A stretch of DNA of 63,942 nucleotides, filler included. It is 7 parts of 7 records of this genome, joined end to end, with 100 filler letters (N's around TTAATTAATTAA, not from the genome) between each part and the next. Parts side by side here need not be neighbours in the genome. Positions count along the whole stretch, not along the records: positions 1 to 9,449 come from SRR31147125_39602; positions 9,550 to 15,322 come from SRR31147125_39617; 5 more parts are not named here. One strand, written 5' to 3'. Both the position numbers and the translations under genes were made by a program. Below are positions 1 to 12,475 of this stretch, piece by piece. How positions within the stretch are numbered: the stretch's first letter is position 1; every line of letters starts with the position of its first letter. Under the pieces are notes generated by a model. That model was given only the letters and a program-made list of their open reading frames with translations. It did no database searches and was not told the DNA's origin.

Positions 1-3000
1 GCGGCGGCAGTGGTGGTGGTGGTGGTGGTGGTGGCAGCCTGCAAGCAGAGATTCCTCCAACCAGAACAAACGTGCAATCCCTCTCACATCTTCTCACATC
101 CTCCTCAACGAGGAGAGGTTGGAGAAGGGGACTACTCGTTACCGCATACAGGTGGAATAGGGCATCTGTGTCGTCCCGCTCCGAGGCAAAGATCAGTGTC
201 CCCATATGCGGACTGGATTCGTCCACTAGGCGTTGTACTTCTAGGATAATGTTCTCCTGGGTCCATTGCGGAATGGAGAGGTCGTAATGAATTTTGTGCA
301 CAATCGGGGAAGAAACGTCCAGTGCAGATTTCAGCGTGTCAAAGTGAGAGGTACGAAGCGCGGAGGCTAGTGAAGGGACCAATAATGGCCTCTTCAGTGT
401 CTCCACTTCCAGTACATACTGAAGGGAACAACTCACTACACAAGAAGGGGAAAAGGAGAACGAACCTCATAGATGGCTTGCTTCACACTCAAGGCAATAC
501 GTTCGCCAAGTGCATACGTGTCAACGGATCCCCGTGACCAAATCTACGAAAGGGGTGAGCATGTTCCTCTGGATTGCACTCATCCATCACACCTCGACTA
601 GCACACGATAGTTGTCTGACTCGGGAAACCGAGCTCTCTCCACTTCTTCTTCGGGGACAGAAACAATTTCGGGCTTAATGTCATCTAAAGAGAGGGATGC
701 ACGCCAGGAAGGTGGTGCCCGTCCATGGGTGTGTCGCCGTGAAAGCGTACGAATACCCGTTCCGCTTGGTGAGACAACGGAAATATAGGACAGAGCAATA
801 CCATTCCCAATCTTGATCATGAACGCTGGAGTGTTGCTAGGGAAGGAAAGAAGGATATTACGCACCGCCCACGTCACGTTGCATCCCCTCCTTACCTGGA
901 TATGTAGTTGTACACAAAAACAAACTCGCTGGGGCGAAGGACAAACAGATCATCCGGCTCCTCCATTCCGGCCTCTTTCGGACTTACACCCGGAGATTCA
1001 CCTGTGAGTGAGTTTTCATCCCCTGCTGCGGGTGATATGCTTATGCTATCCGACGGAAGCGCATGAAGTGGATGGAGCATTGATGTAATGTTCTGTTTGA
1101 AATACTGTGTCCCCAGAAGTAAGGCAGGCAGGTAAGGGACAAAGGTCTGAAACCAACCTGAAGAAAGACAGGAAGTTCATCTCCTGGTACAGGAATGCGG
1201 TACAGAAAGGCATTGGTTGGGAAGGATAGTGGAGGTCGTAAGAAACTAATGTCTGCCTGAGTCAACTTGAATTGTGGATTTCGCAGAAGCAGCGAAGAAA
1301 TGATCGTCTGGACGCCACGCATTCATTCTGTGGGGATTCATCTCATCAATCAGGAAACGTACTTGAATTATTGTGCACAGCCGACTATCAAGCAGCCCAT
1401 AGAGTTGTTCCGTAATCTCTCGGCTTGGTGCTTCAACTCCAAACACTTCCAGAATCAGGAAGGACATACTGAAAATTCGGTTGTCACAAAACCCGCTGTC
1501 GTTGTCTTCCCATCGTACCTGGCAGGCGATTTGGCTGGAGACATCGCTGTGGTATCGATAGTCGAGCGTCGCAACGGTCGTCGGAAAGACACACGACACG
1601 CTCGATTCGCACTCATCATGGAGAGAGAGAGGCCTCTCGCATGCGTAGGCATGACGCCCATGGCACGAAGATCCTGTTCCCGCGAGGCCAGATCCGATAA
1701 TCGTAAGTAGAATACTGAACCCGTTTTCTCACGAAAAACAAAAACATTGATGCGGTTGGTGACGTAGAACATCTGTAGCGCCGAAGATGCCAAGGATCGG
1801 ATGGCCACATGTGGTTGGATGCGATCATGAAGGGGAAGAATGAAGAGATGAACCAGTGGACAAGCAAACAATCCAGAATGGGATCGAACGGCATCTTCCT
1901 CACCGGATCCATCATCATTGGATGGCTGAATGTTTCCCCCGGCAATGAGAAGATCAATATCAACACTCACATGACGTACAAGATAGGGGACTTCGTATTC
2001 TTCATCTAGCTCCTCCAGTGCATGCGTGTTGGCTGCAATATCCTCGGATGAAGGAACAATAAGCATATCACTACATATACGAGACTCGTGAAGCTGCCAC
2101 AACAGGAGAAGCTGATTCACCAATTCACACGTTCGAAAAATACCATTGCGAATCTGTTCTCTGTCAGTAGGAGTATCACGAGCAACAAGAGGTGTACCTG
2201 TTGAATAACCTCGGTTGGGCGGGGCCCACCTCTCCTGCAATGGAAGGATACCTCAACAGTACTCTCCTGAATAACCAGAATCGACCAGAAAGGAATGTCG
2301 AAATCGTCGACCAGGCTCGGTTCGGGAACCCAGGGCTCATAATCCCCACCACTACGTTGTTTGATAGCAGCAAAGGCAGCAAACAAAGACTTCTTCTTCA
2401 CTTCCTCATCATCCATATCTCGCGGGGGCTTCAAGCAAACACGGTGCGTGCGTAAGAAGCTCCTCCCTCTTCTCACATGCCACACACACCCTTTTCACCA
2501 TGAGATAGATGTTGTCGATCCGTCGAAGAGAAAGAAAACCTGCTCGCTCTAAAACAGTGGGAAAGATCCCACGTCCTTTGGCCTAGAACGGAAGAGTTAT
2601 GCAAGCAAACAGTCTGATCCGTGTTGGCATGCCTGATGGACGAAATGCGTTTCAACATGGAAGCTGGAAACAGAGCTCGGAGGAAGATTGCGCAGACAGG
2701 CCGTCACAAGCACCTAGCAACCAACCGACGTCAATCCCCGTAGAAAGAGGGACAAGAAACAAATAGAACACACACCAATACATCTCGCGTAAGGGGTCGC
2801 GTAACAAGAAATCCTTCGAGAACTTCTTCTGCTACCTGGAGAACGAGAATTCGTTTGTACAAAGGAGAGGAAGAGATAACCACAAACAATGGCATCCAGA
2901 CTATCCAAGACGCTTGTAAGAATCCCTCGCTGAAGCTCAGGAAGGGCATGAAACGATGGTATAATCATTGAACCTTTCTGTGGGGATAACAAACAGACAC

Positions 3001-6000
3001 AGGCAGAAAAGAAAAGGTGCAACACAAGAGGGCATACCTGTAAGCGACGACGTGGGATGGTATGTCCATGAATACGAAGAGAAAGTGGAATGGAGAGACA
3101 TCCGAACCGAAGACGTATGGAAGATGCCGTGCGAAATGTCTGTAGGCTGGTCAATCCACAATACATCCCGAGGACAACACCACACCTCTGTCCCCAGCGT
3201 ATGCAGGAGAGAAGACAGGGGAACCGTAAGTCTCGTATGTTCCGGGTGCTCCTCACTTTCTCCCTGTGAAGAGGCAAGACACTCAACAGATTCGCCCCGT
3301 GTTTTCTTCCGTCCATACTACCTGCATCGTGAATACACCCTCAATACGTAGGAAGAAGGGCAGAACATGGAGAGGAACTGTTTGATCTATGGGCTGGCAG
3401 GAGAAATCGTCTTCCACACCAGAGGACTTCGTCTAGATCGCGAGGAATGGGAATGGTTCCTTGCCTCTCGCCACCTCCACACACCTCTGGCCCAACATCA
3501 CCCCTGCTTTCGTTCTCGTTCTCATTCTCATTCTCATTCGTGTCGAAATCCAGGTCAATATCACTGTAAAAACATTCTTCCGTATCCGAACCGTCAATGC
3601 TCTCCTCTGGAGAGTCGTCCCCACCCCGCTGACAGAGTTGCATGAGAGATGCCCTGTTCGGGTCGAAAGCAAGAGACGCACATGAGGGAGTTGGAGGGGA
3701 CCTACATACAAGAGCAGATCGGTGTCTCTGATAGGTCGAAAGTGTACATCAAGCACACGATTGAAGGCTTCTTCGAGCGCCTTCGACCGGGATGCAATGC
3801 TGGATCGACTGTCAGACGGGTGTGTGGAACAGAATAACCTCACGTACCTGCCATCCTCCTCAAGAGTGCCAAACAGTCGTTGAAGAGGTGTGATATCGGC
3901 CTAAGCATCGAAGGAATGTCAGGGGAGCGGGAGATATTCGATGATCGCACCTCTTTTCTGTATTCCACACATCTTTCCATGGCCTGTCAGCGGTGGAGTG
4001 TAAGAAGGGTTCCAGATGGGGAGGTGCGACCAACCTGGGTGACATCGATACTCGCCACTTCCGCACCGGCTCGCAAACTCAAGTAGACAGCACGAACGAA
4101 ATTGTCTCCATGAGCCTCTACCAAGCGATCCACGTACTGAAGGGCAATCTGTGAGAGAGTTTGTTCATGGGTACGTTGTCTCCCAGCAATGGGCCCTACA
4201 GGAAGCAATTCAGGAGTCATGGTTTCTGAAAACGGAAAACGGAAAAACGGAAAAAGATACGAACCAGGCATATCTTCCTGGGATAGAAACGCTCGGGGAC
4301 CGTCGATTGCTTCACGCTGCGACCCATTCACGAGCTGTTTCAAGGGAATACTATACAAGTGTGAAATGGGATGGAGGAGTGGGAAAAAGAACGAACCTGT
4401 CTTGATCGAGCGGTTTGATATCGGCTGCATGGCATTCAAATAAGTTGAATCGGACTTCCGGTCTCCTCTCTGTAGTAGTAGTATCCTCTTTGTACCCGCA
4501 TAAGGGAAAAAGAAACGTACCACCACCACCCCACTACCACCCAAGCAATACCTCCGGTCGTGATCATTGTATAGGGGGAAGGATGGCCAAAACCACTGTT
4601 ATCTCGTTAATAATCTTAGCAAAGCATCGTGCCTGAGCGGGTATGCTGTGTTGGCTGGTGTGAGATGGGGACGAGAATAATCGTGCACGTACTCGTGACA
4701 CTCTCCCCTGAGCATATCGGCGGGCACTTCACCATCACTAATAGATTGCAGTGTTTCCGCAATCATCTGTCGATGCAAAATGAGTGCAAAACCGAGGTGT
4801 CCGGCTCAACGTACATGGAAGAGAAGTTCATTGGGACACGCCCCTTTCCCGTCATCACTTTCTTGTAAAGGAATACCTGCGCAACAGGCCATACACATAA
4901 ACGGCTGGCTACCTGTTTCCCTTTTCATTCGAAACATCACGCACTGCACGTCGACACCTCACCCGATGTCGTCACGAGAAGGAGGGAGAAGCGGTATTCC
5001 CATTGAAATCCCGCACGGATGAGTCTCGTCACGCTGAATGGTGCCATCTGCAATTCACCATCCGTTTGAGGCATTCTCTGTCGTTGTCAATGCATGAGTA
5101 CGTGTTCGATGTCCTCACAAACACGGGGAAGATACCTGCCCTTGCATGTGTTCAAGACCACGAAGCAGAGATGTGGTTTTTGCAAGGGTGGCCTCTATGG
5201 AAGACATGCCACCTTGTTCCGCGTCATCAGTGTGGAAGGGACGTGCACGCAAGTATCTTCAGTTCCATGATGAGAACGACAAGGAAGGAATACGACGCAC
5301 TCCTCACCCACCGTATGACATAAAACGTCGAGGCCGCAGATATCACCTCAAGATCCGCGTTGTAGATCCACTGCACCAGATACTCGAAGAGTCGTCGCTT
5401 AAACAAACAACATGAGAAAGGATTGGTTTCGTCGCACGCATACCTCTCGGAACCATTCAACGGTATGCCCCTCTTCTAGTTCTCGGGCCGCAAGTCTTGG
5501 AGGACATACACGTATGGGGAAACAAAACTTCATCCATCAAACTAGGAAAGCGCGCACCCGCATTGGGGTTCCATCCATAATTCTGTTGCAATACAGGTTG
5601 GTGTCTTCTTATAGAATACATACTGGTGTGTGTTAGACCAAATGAAAGAATGCGATTACAAGTCCACAACCTGCACAGATGATACAGCGATCCTACGCTC
5701 TTCCTTTGTGGGAGAATAGCCGGGAACGCTGTCATCCCTCACGAGTAACGGGAATTCCTGAAGTCTGTCATGAAGGTTCCAGGTTCCAGGTTCCTTCCCT
5801 GCATGAAGAAGGCGCACCTTGAAGAATACAACTTCACTATTCATCTGCGGAAAGTTCCCAGAGCTTACAAGCAGGAAGCACTCTCGAATCCGGGACCATA
5901 ACAGTAGCTCCATCACCAAGTTGGACGTTCGCTCCTTGTCGACATGCCAGAGCCATTGCACTCGTCGTAAGTATGTAGCGAGAACCCTTTTAGCTGGATC

Positions 6001-9000
6001 CGGGCGGTTCGGTCTTCTCCATACACGTGCATAGGTTTCACGAACCTGAAGGAATTCGGTCCAAGGATGAAGACGCAGCACCAGCACCAGGTGTCTCGGA
6101 AAAGGGGGGATAAGGAGAATGGGAGTGAGAATGTGAATGGGAGTGAGAATGCGAATGGGAACGAGAATGCGAATGAAGATGCAAATAAGCGAGAGCAGTA
6201 ACAACATGTCCACTCTGCGGCCTGCACGTTGGAAACCGAAATGAGGATAAGGAAAGAGAAGACGCCACCAACCACACCCTCGCTGCCTCGATGCCTTGTA
6301 ACGAATCAACATCTTTTGCAAGGGTCGTGCGAGAGGAATAAGCGGATACGCCTGGTGGCCTTCTCCTCGCTAGAAGGGGGCGTGTCAGCTCACAAGGCAT
6401 TCACCCCCCCCCCATTCGCACGAACGGCAGCAGTAGGTAGCGCAAGTTCCGTGAACTCTTTTCGTAGCGCTGAGATGATTCGTGCTCGCAATGGAGATGA
6501 AATTCCAAAGAACTCCTACGTCGTCGTGGTGAATTCCTGCCACTGCTACGACAACAAACCATAGTGATGACAGCGAGATTACTTGCCTCGAAGCCCACCC
6601 ATAAGAAGCAGAACGACAAAAACCCGGTGGTCTGTGTATATACATCCTCATTCATGAAAGGATTGCAAGGAAGAGAAGACACCTCCGTACCCCTTCTGCA
6701 CCACGAGATCGCTCAGGAGCAAAAAGTTTCAGGAACATCAACTGTAAGATCGTGTGAGATAAACGGTGCGATCATCAAACACGGACCTGTCTGGGTAACG
6801 CCAGGGTAGACCACCGTGTTAGGATCTGTTCAAGTATCTTACGTAGAGCGTAGATTTGTTGATGAAGGCCTGACAAACAACTATCTGTGCATCACAGCTG
6901 CAGTTCGTGTTCCGTTCGTGCCACATCCACAACCCCTGCCTACCTTCCTCACGGATCATGGGATTGTAACGAAGCAGGACAGGAAACTGTTCCACATGGA
7001 GCCACCGAGACCGAAAAGCCGGTGTCTTGGATGCTAGACGCGTCAAGAGTAGGGAACGTTGCTGTCCTGGACTCGTGGAGGGCTGGAGATGGATGAGAAA
7101 GCAGAACAACACCCCAAAGACACATTCACCTCCGAGGGTGGTGCCTGTGTGGAAAGGATAGCAGTGTCAGTCAGGGTATACCCACGACAAGAAGATGGAT
7201 GGCACGAACAGGTGAGGCGGTTGCGAGACCCATAAACGCCAATTCCCTGTGGATGGGAAGACCGCTGAGGATGAACAACGACGAAATCACCACCGCACCG
7301 GTCATTCGTGGCAATGTGATCACAGAATTCCTGCACCCAATTGGGTGCGGTGCTAGAGGAATGGCCGATATGCTTGTTAGGGCCACCCGCCGTGAAGTGT
7401 TAGTCTCGTTGAGTTCGTCGAGATGCAAACCAATCGTACCTGAACCATCCTACGCAGCCGAAACCTCCTCATGAAGTCGCCAGTGGCCACCACACTGATG
7501 TCAATTTGAACACTTCCCATTCCCGTTTTTGCACAGGGAGGTTCGCAGCCTTCTCCGTCTGCTGTGTTCCTGTTTGTCCACGTGCAGGATTAGGGTGCGC
7601 AGAAAGGGGTTCCCATGTACGGACGGACCGAGATCTACGATGAAAGGGAAGAGCGATCATGGGAAACGCCATCCTATACTCTATTTGGGCCAGTGGATGC
7701 CAGTTCAAGACCAGCAAAACTCTCCCTTCGGCGGAGGCGGCAGCGGCTGACGTTTCGCCTTCTGCGGAGGCATGGCACAAGTGGAAACCTTCACGGACGC
7801 GAACCTTGCCCCCACCCCATCGCTCGTGAGATCAACGAATTCAGTGGAGAAAGAAGGGAAGGAAGGAAGAGCGTGCACCTCAAGAAGGCGCAATACGTCA
7901 ACGATGAGACAATGATCCCGCATTTTCTGGCGGTGGAGCATGGGCTGTGTGGTACCCTCTTCAAAACTAAGAGCCTTGCACACGTGATCATCTTTGTCCT
8001 CTCAATGAGCAAAACGGTCCGTGTGATGTGAACACAAGCCCAAACCTAGCTTCCTATTCTTGAAATGTGAAGTCTTCACAAGGACCACCTTCTGAAAGAA
8101 GCAAGGATCGGTCGGGAGGTGGAAAGAACAAAGACGAGATGCATGTGGAGGAATGGAGCGACCGTGGGAATCTCCGGATATGCGGTGGAGTTCGTCGATC
8201 TGGTTCATCAAACCAAACGTGATGAGCGATTTGCTTTAGGATTAATTGAGAGAAAGGAACGTGCCTCAGGGAGAGAAGGGAAATCAACAAAACATCCAAA
8301 TGTGGCATTCGCCAGAAATTCCTGAAAGAAACCAGCTCAGGATCATTCCACACCACCAGAACTCCTCTTTCACACCAGCAATTCCGTTTCAGGGACGTAT
8401 CCAAGAGGACAATCAGGCCGACGTCCATCCCCAATTTGAATCACATGCACCGCAACATCCTACAGCAAATAAGTGGAGGGAGGGTAACGAAATGACGCAT
8501 CCCACCTCACGGCGCAATTCCATAACAATACTGTTATCATACGTATGTGTGTCGGCGAGATCGATCACGCCATCTGTAATAAGGATCACGGCCGGACACG
8601 CATCCTGCGGGCTATGAAGAATCAGCAAGCGCAAACGAATAAACAAAGTGCCTACAGAAAATGAAGAGCAAACAAACAGTTCTTGAGAGTCGCAGTTGCA
8701 TCAGGAAATCCCTTGGAGGCACGTGCGGCCGCGTGTGCGGCCACAATCCTTTCCGTCAGTGCCTCCATGAGAGCTTCCTTCAGTTCTTCATAGAGCGTGT
8801 GCACATTCCGGGGGGTCAAGAGTACATCCTGCTCTGAATCAGAGGGAGGGACAGAGCATGACAAGATTCAGACCTGCACGAGAGGTGTGGGGTTCTCGGG
8901 CTGAAATCCTTGTGTAAGCACCGTGAGGTGCACCTCGGCTATGATCTGTGAGAGGGATGAGTAGTTCCATAATCTTTCTGATTGTTTGTACCGTTGTGTC

Positions 9001-9402
9001 GCACTGGGGGAGGTGGATGGGTTGCACCAGTTGTGCCATACATCGTTCCAGAGCCACAAGCAAGTGATCGAAAAGGATATTTCCAGTCGAAACATCAATC
9101 GTGCACACAGACGGACTCACGTCCAGCGAGACCACAACACGATATCTACGCAAGGATCAACCTTGACTGAATGCATATATGTACACACACACGTACTTGC
9201 GGTAGAGGAATTGCACAACTGTGGAAGGCACAAGAATCGCGAATTCACCTCCAACCACATCTTCACCTGTGGTCTCTCCTGCCTGATCTGTGGTTTGAAC
9301 GGGTGCATCCATTCCGACCAATCATGGCACATACCATAGATCCATCGGGAGTAGACGGGGGTGGAGACTCGAGCCCCAATGGGTCCTCAATGATGAATAC
9401 GC
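1..9402 (-). CDS. SZT2: SZT2 (KICSTOR scaffold) homolog; intron-rich eukaryotic gene, truncated at both contig ends
   Basis: Manual splicing gives ILVPSTVVQFLYRK|YRVVVSLDVSPSVCTIDVSTGNILFDHLLVALERC, PAVILITDGV, YVPETELLEFLANATFG, VRVREGF, LVLNWHPLAQIEY. Further downstream are FYVTNRINVFVFREKTGSVFYLRL, EVFGVEAPSREITEQL, LLRNPQFKLTQADISFLRPP and GNGIA. These resemble recalled SZT2 blocks in collinear order. Introns traced at 9146-9196, 8946-8991, 8829-8873, 8612-8655, 8460-8505 and 8322-8375 (all GT-AG). The full exon structure was not resolved. Confidence 0.88.
10..33. repeat. (GTG)n trinucleotide microsatellite
   Basis: About 8 tandem GTG units at the contig start. Confidence 0.85.
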
Positions 9403-9423
9403 TGTCAACACCACACACACTGC

Positions 9424-9449
9424 CACACACACACACACACACACACACA
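9424..9449. repeat. (CA)n microsatellite, intronic, at the contig end
   Basis: 13 CA units running into the N spacer; probably the cause of the assembly break. Confidence 0.9.
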
Positions 9450-9549
9450 NNNNNNNNNNNNNNNNNNNNNNNNNNNNNNNNNNNNNNNNNNNNTTAATTA
9501 ATTAANNNNNNNNNNNNNNNNNNNNNNNNNNNNNNNNNNNNNNNNNNNN
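9450..9549. other. Artificial contig spacer (N44-TTAATTAATTAA-N44)
   Basis: 100-nt linker with stops in all six frames; six identical copies in the window. Confidence 0.99.
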
Positions 9550-10022
9550 CCCTGAAACTCGGGAGTCTCGATCATGCGCGTTTCGCTCCAGCTCTCCCCG
9601 TTATCGGTCGAGAACATGCAGGAGGTACCGATATGGACCGCCGCGTACTTATCGAACACCACCCTTCCGTAATGCTTGTAGGCCTCGCCCAGCTCATCCT
9701 TCTGCTCCAGCGGCACCACCTTCCAGCGAAAGAAGGTGCAGATCAGCGTGCCGTCATCCAGACAATCCACGCAGGGATCCTGTTCCCCCATCTCATCGTT
9801 GTAGATGATCTCGGGATCGCTCCAGCTCTCCCCATCATCCTGTGAAAACACCATGGCAACACACGAGCTCTTATCCACATGCGATATCTTCCCGTATGTT
9901 TTCACACTATTTTCCGCCTGCCTGTAGACCATCACCAGCCGGCCGTCTGCCGCGCGGGTAATGCTGGGAAAGGCATTGTACATATCGTTCTTAATCAAGG
10001 TTCTGTAGCGTACCGCTTTCAT
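9550..10022 (-). CDS. BNR/Asp-box (sialidase-fold) glycoside hydrolase family protein, 3' truncated
   Basis: YNAFPSI...DGRLVMVYR start; Asp-boxes FSQDDGESWS and FSTDNGESWS; start may be 10022 or 10037. Confidence 0.8.
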
Positions 10023-10079
10023 ACATTCATCCACCAAAAAATCAGTATAGGATCCGTAACATTACCATACGGACCAGTC

Positions 10080-10150
10080 AAAAAAGGGGCAGGTGCCGCC
10101 CCGGGAATATCATATAGCCATACCCATATCCCACGGGAGAACACCTGCCT
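10080..10150 (-). terminator. Long stem-loop with U-tract after the solute-binding protein gene
   Basis: Minus strand GGCAGGTGTT...GGCACCTGCC followed by CCTTTTTT. Confidence 0.65.
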
Positions 10151-10166
10151 AAGTACATGCCATATG

Positions 10167-11567
10167 CTACTTCAGTGCGTCAAGTTCGTCCTGTGCTCGG
10201 CTCTGCATTGCAGCTACCGTATCAGCAAGATCCTGTTCACCAAGGTAGAAAAGTTCCCGTTCCTGTTTGAAAATGTCTTTGATGATAGAAAGACCCTGAG
10301 GGTTCACTTTCTTGTCAAAGTTGTAGTAAGCGCTGATAGGCTGAGTCCAGTTACCCATAACCTTCTCAACGATTGCATCGGAGTAGTCCATTACGTGCTT
10401 GTTACCATCACTGTCTGTGTAGGTAGTAAAGCTTTCCTTGAATTCATCCATGTCTTCGTAGCGGTAGGATGAGAGAACTCCCATCTTCGGCCACATGTCG
10501 GTAATGATGAAACGTGCCAGTAATGCGCCGCCCTTGGGGTTTTCAGCTGTGCGGGGTACCGCGTAGTAGTAGTCAAGGTCGGTTGCGTTCAAGTTGTTGG
10601 GTGCAGATGCATCCGTTCTCGGAATGTTCGCGATTCCCAGATCAAAGTTAAGGATTGCGTCGCCTTCGGCTGATCCGTATTTAGCGCTGATAAACCAGCT
10701 TGCGGACCACCAGTTGCTCAGCAGCATTGCTGCTTCACCCTTGGCAAAAGGCATTCTTGAACCGATCTGTTCAGCTTGGAAAGTAGCCAGGCTGATTGCC
10801 GATTCATCAACATTCTGCATGCGGTTCCACATTGCAAGAGATTCCTGCAGTCTGGGGTCGTCCAGATTTGCCACAGTCGCGTCGGCATCCTTGAATGGAG
10901 TCCATCCGGCAACCTGCGCGGGCAGTGTATCGATATCGTATCCCCAAGTCAGGTGGATGTTCGCGCCGTATACCTTGTCGGCACCGGATCCGATGGTGAG
11001 AGCTTTTGCTGTTGCTTCAAACTCTTCCCAGGTCCAGTCGTCTGTCGGGTAGGCAAGACCGGCTGCGTCAAACATGTTCTTGTTGTAGAAAATATAGAAT
11101 CCGCCCTTGGTGTAGGGAAGACCGTAGATTTCGCCGTCGATGAAGGAGGGTGCAATACCGCTTCCGAAAGCATCTTCCAGGTCAAATCCATCTTCTGTCA
11201 GGTATTCTCCAACAGGAGTGAACATGCCCTCTTTTGCCCGGTTGGTGTATTCAACGGAATCCATGGCAAGTGCCATATCGAGCCGTTCACCAGTGGCAAT
11301 CATGGTGTCGAGTCGTACCAGGTAGTCACTGCTTCCCAGGTCGATGTACTCAGCTTCATACTGCGGATAAGCTTCGTTGAACGCGGTTGCGATTCTTTCA
11401 GCTTTGTCCTGAGCCAGGTAGCCATAGGCAGCCCAGACTACTTTCTGCACTTCCGGTTCAGCATCTGTGCTTTCTTCAGCACCCTGCGCTGCCAATGAGA
11501 CAGTTGCGCCGAAAATGAGTGCAAAACAGAGCAGTAGCATTACCAGTTTTCCAGTTCTTTTCTTCAT
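10167..11567 (-). CDS. ABC sugar transporter extracellular solute-binding protein
   Basis: MKKRTGK signal then LAAQGAEES (spirochaete-type N-terminus); DGEIYGLP, IFYNKNMFDAAGLAYPTDDWTWEEF; GGAGG upstream of ATG 11567. Confidence 0.93.
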   Translation of the reverse strand: MKKRTGKLVMLLLCFALIFGATVSLAAQGAEESTDAEPEVQKVVWAAYGYLAQDKAERIATAFNEAYPQYEAEYIDLGSSDYLVRLDTMIATGERLDMALAMDSVEYTNRAKEGMFTPVGEYLTEDGFDLEDAFGSGIAPSFIDGEIYGLPYTKGGFYIFYNKNMFDAAGLAYPTDDWTWEEFEATAKALTIGSGADKVYGANIHLTWGYDIDTLPAQVAGWTPFKDADATVANLDDPRLQESLAMWNRMQNVDESAISLATFQAEQIGSRMPFAKGEAAMLLSNWWSASWFISAKYGSAEGDAILNFDLGIANIPRTDASAPNNLNATDLDYYYAVPRTAENPKGGALLARFIITDMWPKMGVLSSYRYEDMDEFKESFTTYTDSDGNKHVMDYSDAIVEKVMGNWTQPISAYYNFDKKVNPQGLSIIKDIFKQERELFYLGEQDLADTVAAMQSRAQDELDALK

Positions 11568-11596
11568 TTTTTCCTCCAAATAAAGTGTGTTAAATA

Positions 11597-12475
11597 TCAT
11601 CCCTTCAATCCTGTTGAAGTAATGTCCTCAATAAAAAAGCGCTGCAGCCCGACAAATACAATAATGATCGGTATGGTCATGGAGACACTGGCCGCCATGA
11701 TCGATGTATAGTTGGTGCTGAACTCATCCGAGAAAAATTTCAGTGCCAGCGGCAGCGTGTAGAGCTCGACACTACGGATGTAGAGCAGTGGACCCTCGTA
11801 ATAGTTCCAGGCCCAGACAAAGTAGAGAAATACCAGCACGGAGAGCCCGGCCCGCACCAGGGGAACCGCTATCGTGCCAAAAATCCTGAAATGACCCGCC
11901 CCGTCAATCTTGGCGGAATCGATCAGTTCGTTGGGAACCTTCATGAAATACTGCCGCATCAGGAATGTGCCGAAGGGCTGTCCCAGAAAGAACGGCAGCC
12001 ACAGAGCGGCGTGGGTATTTATCAACCCCAGCCAGTTGAAAATCATGAAGGTCGGCAGCATCGTGATCTGGGCCGGAATCATCATCGTAGATAGTTTCAC
12101 AAGAAACAGCGTGTCGCGCCCCGTAAACTTGATCTTGGCGTACGCGTATCCGCCCATCGTGCAGGAGACCACCGTTCCGATAACGGCCAATACCGTAATC
12201 TTGATCGAGTTGAGGAAGAAAAGTGAGAAATTGACATCTCCCCTCCACACATCCCGATACCCCGAGAAATTAAATTCACGCGGAATCCACTCGATCGGGT
12301 ACTTGAACATGGTGATGGAGTCCTTGAATGAACTCGATATCATCCACAGGAACGGCAGCAGCATGGTGAGCGACACCAGCCCCATGACGATGGTAAGTAT
12401 GATTTTGGTGATGAGCTGGCGGTTCGCGTAGCGCATCCCCGCGTTTTTTTGGTTGGTCATGACTCGCCCTTCCAT
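11597..12475 (-). CDS. Carbohydrate ABC transporter permease (MalG-type)
   Basis: LPFLWMISSSFK; EAA loop ELIDSAKIDGA; FFIEDITSTGLKG C-terminus. Confidence 0.95.
   Translation of the reverse strand: MEGRVMTNQKNAGMRYANRQLITKIILTIVMGLVSLTMLLPFLWMISSSFKDSITMFKYPIEWIPREFNFSGYRDVWRGDVNFSLFFLNSIKITVLAVIGTVVSCTMGGYAYAKIKFTGRDTLFLVKLSTMMIPAQITMLPTFMIFNWLGLINTHAALWLPFFLGQPFGTFLMRQYFMKVPNELIDSAKIDGAGHFRIFGTIAVPLVRAGLSVLVFLYFVWAWNYYEGPLLYIRSVELYTLPLALKFFSDEFSTNYTSIMAASVSMTIPIIIVFVGLQRFFIEDITSTGLKG

Noticed and set aside
1..9449. Dense short ORFs on both strands as a viral genome or a non-standard genetic code
   Set aside because: In the part traced by hand (about 6800-9400), stops fall inside GT/GC-AG introns and the standard code yields SZT2-like protein. 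Plus-strand ORFs are shadows.
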